Positions 34,008 to 38,875 of a stretch of DNA of 38,875 bases are shown one piece after another. This DNA is from Octopus bimaculoides (taxonomy: Eukaryota). Every line of letters begins with the position of its first letter. Positions within the stretch are counted from its first letter, which is position 1. Below the pieces are notes generated by a model that worked only from the letters and a program-made list of their open reading frames with translations, was not told the origin of the DNA and searched no databases. The DNA is taken from positions 73,328,393 through 73,367,267 of the forward strand of contig NC_068990.1 in NCBI RefSeq assembly GCF_001194135.2, read 5' to 3'. The position numbers and the translations under genes were made by a program.

Positions 34008-34879
34008 TACGAGGTAGTATCAAAAAGTTCCTAGACAAGTTATGGTTAATGAAAAATAAGCTATTTTCCTAATAACTTATTTACCTTCAAAATAATCACC
34101 TTATGCAGCAATATACCAGTCCCAGCTTTCCTGTCACTTTTGGAATCTGGCATGGGACTTGTTTTCTGTGATTTGAGTATCTTCTGCGATTTGCTCTTGA
34201 CCTCAATAACTGTGTTAAAATGGCAACCTTTGAGCTTCTTGGAGAAGAGATGAAGTCTGGTGCATAGGGTGGATACGGAAGCAACATCATGTTGCCTTTG
34301 GTGAGAAATTCATGAGTAGGGAGAGCTCACTGAAGAATCCAATACTTTTCACTCCACAGGTCTGGTTGCTTTTATTGAATGTCCTCCCTCAAAGACTTTA
34401 AAACATCACAGCAGAACTCTCGATTAATGATCTGGTCCTGGGGGACAAATTCTTGATGCAGGATACCACATTTCTGGTGGGGTGACACTTGTGGAAAGTC
34501 TTCCAGATCGCTCATTGTCTTCCAGGGATATTCTTCTGCTTTTGAAGCACCCACACCATTCAAAACATTACGTACAACCCATTGCATCATTGCCATAAGC
34601 TTGCCGAAGCATGCTCAATGGCTCTGTAGCTGACTTCCCAAGTTTAACACAAAATTTCATGCTAGTTCTTTGTTCCTGTCCATGATAAATTTACAAACTA
34701 CAGCATACATGTGATCCCCAAAACACAAATTTCACAACTTGTGAAGTAAACTTAATGATGTCACTCAGCACATTGTCTCATGAAGGTTACTGCTAGTTCT
34801 CACTGCACATACAACCATGTGCTGCCATCTGTTAGTGCACTACAGAACTATTCCAGGGACTTTTTGATATCACCTCATA
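34008..34879 (-). mobile_element. Non-autonomous mariner with both TIRs and TA ends (872 bp)
   Basis: TIRs 34008-34035 and 34852-34879 match at 23/28, including terminal TA. Minus strand: EQRTSMKFCVKLGKSATE; MLRQAYGNDAMGCT*CFEWCGCFKSRRISLEDNERSGRLSTSVTP; GILHQEFVPQDQIINREFCCDVLKSLREDIQ; PYPPYAPD. Confidence 0.92.
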
Positions 34880-35860
34880 AAGTAATCTGGATTAAAACTT
34901 CCAGTCAAAATCTTATATTAATTAATGTTTCAAACACCAAATTAATAAGGACAAAATGTTCATAATGTTCAAAAATTAGTTGCGACAAAAGCAGTGAGAA
35001 TGAACATATAAATATGGTAACAAATGAGTTTACTTTGAATGCTTTAAAATGTGAAAATTTCTTTTTCTGATCTAATGGTGGTGGTCTCATATGGGTTGAT
35101 ATAGAAAAAATGAATACATGTAATTGCAAATATAATAAGTTACTACTACTATAATGATATCATGTGGAACATTCACTTTAAAAGAAGTTTGTGAGAAACT
35201 GATGAATTAATTGACATTTGTATAATTTAGGATAATTAGCTGTAAGATGGTGATAATAAGGTACAGTAACGATTTACTGGGAAAGCAAAGGAAGAAAAAC
35301 AAAACAGAAACAAAATAAAATGGAAAATAGTAAGAAAAGATATAAAGAGCAGCAGCTTATGGGAATGGCTAGAAATGCTGTAGTCAGTTAAGTAACCTCA
35401 TCAAGTTTATTCCAAAATCGGAAATTAATTCTGAAAGGTTGATTGGTTAAGAGGAAAAAAAAAATTAATGAAGATATTAAATACAAAACTGAAGGGAATC
35501 AACGACAAAAAGAAAAAGAACATTCAACATTAGAAAATATTGATTCAGGTTTCTTACTCACAAGAAGTGAGGCGATTATTAATCTAATTCTTTGTCACTC
35601 ATCTAAATATTGTTAGATAAAAATAAAAATAAAATGAAGCAAAAAGAAAAACAACTGAGAATTGAAGAATACCGGAATTAAGTCTAAAACGAGAATATGG
35701 TATTAATGATATACAAGAGCATGTAATCAGATGTAATTAGGTAATTAGGCGAAAAGAAGATTAATTAGTCAAAGATTAACATGCTCATTTCAGCAGGTTT
35801 AGTGGTGTCTTCTTAAAGACATAAACAAAGGAAAAAAAAAAATGAATAATGATAATGATA

Positions 35861-36034
35861 TTTTTTTGTTTCTGTTTTACTTGCTTCAGTCATTAGATCC
35901 TAGTCATGCTGGAGCACTGTCTTTAAGAGTTTAGTTGAATAAATTACCCCCAAGTACATTTTTTTTAATCAATCACATTGTCGAACCATTAAGTTACAGG
36001 GATATAAAAAAAACCCCACCATTGTCAGGTAGTG

Positions 36035-36035
<1 letters not shown>
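35861..36035 (-). mobile_element. SINE family A, 3' half
   Basis: ttacttgcttcagtcattag...catgctggagcactg...gaaccattaagttacaggg, ending in (CA)n. Confidence 0.75.
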
Positions 36036-36069
<34 letters not shown>

Positions 36070-36186
36070 CCTCACCCATTTCCTCATGAGCAGACATGTT
36101 TTCACAATAGATTAGAAACGAAGGACACCACTTGCATGACAGTGACATTTGTTTACAACTCTCACACAAAGTCAAAACCAGGAGGC
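36070..36186 (-). mobile_element. RTE-type tail element fragment (subtype B')
   Basis: cagacatgttttcac...aaggacacc.cttgcatgacagtgaca.ttgtttacaact matches 27040-27130. Confidence 0.75.
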
Positions 36187-36289
36187 AATCACACACACAC
36201 ATGCATATGCACACACATACATGTGCACTCACATACACACACATATATATATATATATATGCATATGTACATATATATGCATATATATG

Positions 36290-36469
36290 TGTGCTTCTCT
36301 GTCTTCCCTTCTTTGGACGTCTTCTATATTTCTGATGAAGAGCTCCGCATGAAACATGATATCTACTTTCTTTTCTTTCCTTTCCTGAGCATCCAATAAC
36401 ACTGTACTTATTCCACGTCCTCGTGTTGTTGTTTTTTCGGTTTTTTTCTTGCTTGTTCATGTTTGGATT

Positions 36470-36470
<1 letters not shown>
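36290..36470 (+). mobile_element. Probable Penelope-type terminal-repeat fragment with decayed hammerhead boxes
   Basis: CTGATGA (36332-36338) a gagc-tcc-gcat GAAA (36351-36354); flanked by (TA)n on both sides. Stems I and III are not convincing. Confidence 0.45.
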
Positions 36471-36507
<37 letters not shown>

Positions 36508-36509
<2 letters not shown>

Positions 36510-36660
36510 TTCTTTCAGCTTCCATCTACCAAATCTACCCATATGGCTTTCGTCAACTTTGGGCTATAGTAGAAAACACTTGCACGAGGTGCCATGAAAT
36601 GGGACTGACCCTGAAACCATGTGGATGGGAAGCAACCTTCTTACCACATACCCACGCCCG
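36508..36660 (-). mobile_element. SINE family A, 5' half
   Basis: tctttcagcttccatctaccaaatc...gggctatagtagaaaacacttg...gggactga...cttcttaccacat. Confidence 0.85.
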
Positions 36661-37571
36661 TTACCTTTTGACACATTACTGAAACTATAAAGAATAGAAT
36701 ATCATAAAGAATTGAGAAATCTTAAATCCAAAGAAATAAGAAACTTTTCATCTGTGACTTAAGAGAGACACCCCAAAACAGGTGATTTCATTCATAAATA
36801 TGTGACAGAGACATTTATCTCAAACATAACAATGTCATATTACCTGCCTCTTGAAATTCCTCCCATCTTTCTTCCAAAGTCTTACCTTATGTCCAGATTA
36901 TTTAGTTCCAATTACATTTGAACTTTATGAATCCAAGAGAAAAGAACACTTATTATTATCATTATTGTCTTTTGCTTTTTAGCTTTTAAGACTGTTCTAG
37001 AATTGAAGCAATACAATAGACTACAAGAAAAGATTGTAGATTAAAAAAAAAAGACTCTGAAAGAAATGGAAAGGTAACAAAAAAAAAATATTCCCCAAAA
37101 AATTAAACAAAAGAAAAATGCAACTAATAAATGAATATTTCTACCCTTTTTATTTTTTTGACTTTTACAATTCTTGCTCTTGTCATTTATAATACGTGTT
37201 AAGATTCCAAGAAAAATTAGTCTTTCTTACCAAAACTAAAACCCAGGAAGAATTTTATTACAGCAAGATTTCCACAGATTTCACNNNNNNNNNNNNNNNN
37301 NNNNNNNNNNNNNNNNNNNNNNNNNNNNNNNNNNNNNNNNNNNNNNNNNNNNNNNNNNNNNNNNNNNNNNNNNNNNNNNNNNNNNNNNNNNNNNNNNNNN
37401 NNNNNNNNNNNNNNNNNNNNNNNNNNNNNNNNNNNNNNNNNNNNNNNNNNNNNNNNNNNNNNNNNNNNNNNNNNNNNNNNNNNNNNNNNNNNNNNNNNNN
37501 NNNNNNNNNNNNNNNNNNNNNNNNNNNNNNNNNNNNNNNNNNNNNNNNNNNNNNNNNNNNNNNNNNNNNNN

Positions 37572-37602
<31 letters not shown>

Positions 37603-37996
37603 TTTTCACCAACTTTTGTATGCATTTTTTAAATATTTTGGTTTTTGTTTGCTTTCCATTTTGTTTTGTTAAATTTTATATCTTTTTTTTTTATTTTTGT
37701 CTTCGTCTGTTTCGTATTTTTTTTTCTTTTTGACATCTCAATAAATTTATAGTTTTTATATTGATAGAAACTGCCAATAGAGGTAGCTAATGTTACTCCT
37801 GATTGAACACAGATGATATTTTTTCCTTTGTATTTTGTTTAATATATAGATGTGTGTGTTGTATGTATGTATGTGTGTGTTGTATGTATGCATGTGTGTG
37901 TGTGTGCATATGCTTGCATACATATATATAAACATCAATATACATATGTATGAATATATATGTACATGTATAATATATGTGTGCATACATATATAC

Positions 37997-38082
<86 letters not shown>

Positions 38083-38124
38083 ATATATGTATATATATTT
38101 ATATATATACAGATTTGCTTTGAT

Positions 38125-38480
38125 ATCATTTAATGCCTGTATTCTATGCTGGTATGGGTTGGAAGGTTCAATGAGTCTGAAGACAGCACTGGGCTCCCAT
38201 ATCTATTTTAACAAGGTTTCTTTGGCTGGATGCTCAACCTGACACTAACCGTTTACAGAATGTGCAGGGTGCTGTTTTTGTGGCACCGGCTTTAGTGAAG
38301 TCACCATGTAACTCATAAAACAAGACCCCTTGATTGAGTTGGTGTGGCGAGTTGGTGGCAATATTGTGAGAGGTGGCTGTGTGCAAGGCATTGAGAGGCA
38401 AAAGCATGACAGAAGGTCAGGAATAGGTGTCTTGTTGTCGAGGGGAAACTTGGCCACCACAGCTGGAAGGTGAGAGTGGA
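38125..38480 (-). mobile_element. Diverged RTE 3' UTR fragment
   Basis: attctatgctggtatgggttgga...ggctggatgc...gtggcacc is the reverse complement of the shared tail region; the upstream extent is approximate. Confidence 0.6.
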
Positions 38481-38671
38481 TAGTCAAAATGAAGCATTAG
38501 GGTGCATTCTCAGGGTAAAATGAAAAAGTGGTGGATAGAGAATGGCTGGACAGGAAAGTTCCTGAGAATGGGCGGGGGAAGAAATGGGATGAGAAGAGAA
38601 GAGAATGCAGTGAATGGGTGAAGGAGTAGATAATGGTGAATTTCAGTATAAAAAGATTTCTTTAATGCTTT

Positions 38672-38875
38672 TTTAATGTCTGTTTTCCATGCTGTCATGG
38701 GTTGGATTGTTTGACCAGAGCTGGCAGCCAGAGAGTTGCACCAAGTTCTAGTCTAATTTGGTTTCTACAGCTGGATGCCCTTCCTAATGCCAACCACTTT
38801 ACAGTGTGTGCTGGGTGCTTTTCATGTGGTGCTGGCATGAGTGAATTTATGTGGCACCAGCACAAGTGCTTTTAA
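38672..38875 (-). mobile_element. RTE 3' UTR/tail running off the window end
   Basis: tttaatgtctgttttccatgctgtcatgggttgga...gctggatgcccttcctaatgccaaccac. Confidence 0.85.

Noticed and set aside
1-38875. CRISPR arrays, rRNA, operons or other prokaryotic systems
   Set aside because: No regularly spaced repeat-spacer structure or gene-dense coding DNA; the window is eukaryotic retroposon- and microsatellite-rich sequence.

Overview
Repeat-dense, AT-rich eukaryotic DNA from a gapped draft assembly. N-runs lie at 939-1808, 2500-2973, 6305-6444, 14782-14996, 22780-22905, 27719-27885, 32704-33650 and 37285-37571, plus four 10-N spacers. The repeat families look like those of Octopus (inference from recalled repeat consensus, not a database search). 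I recognise no cellular protein-coding gene, and nearly all ORFs in the track are microsatellite, N-run or antisense artefacts. The window holds: (i) about 15 whole or half copies of a tRNA-derived SINE with a central (TA)n/(TG)n tract; (ii) several copies of a second tRNA-derived SINE; (iii) RTE-clade LINE ends sharing a CCATGCTAGCATGG hairpin and (GAT)n tail, plus a BovB-like RTE remnant; (iv) two decayed mariner elements, a piggyBac-type MITE and a hAT-type MITE; (v) two decayed Penelope GIY-YIG endonuclease frames; (vi) a degenerate tRNA-Thr(CGT). The main unexplained signal is a cluster of minimal type-I hammerhead ribozyme motifs at 21.2-28.5 kb (one more at 36.3 kb). One has an intact core (27169-27215). 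Three sit in ~250-360 bp palindromes made of two head-to-head hammerhead-like units, in or beside (TA)n tracts. Weak candidate exons of a minus-strand host gene are noted. All alignments were done by eye.
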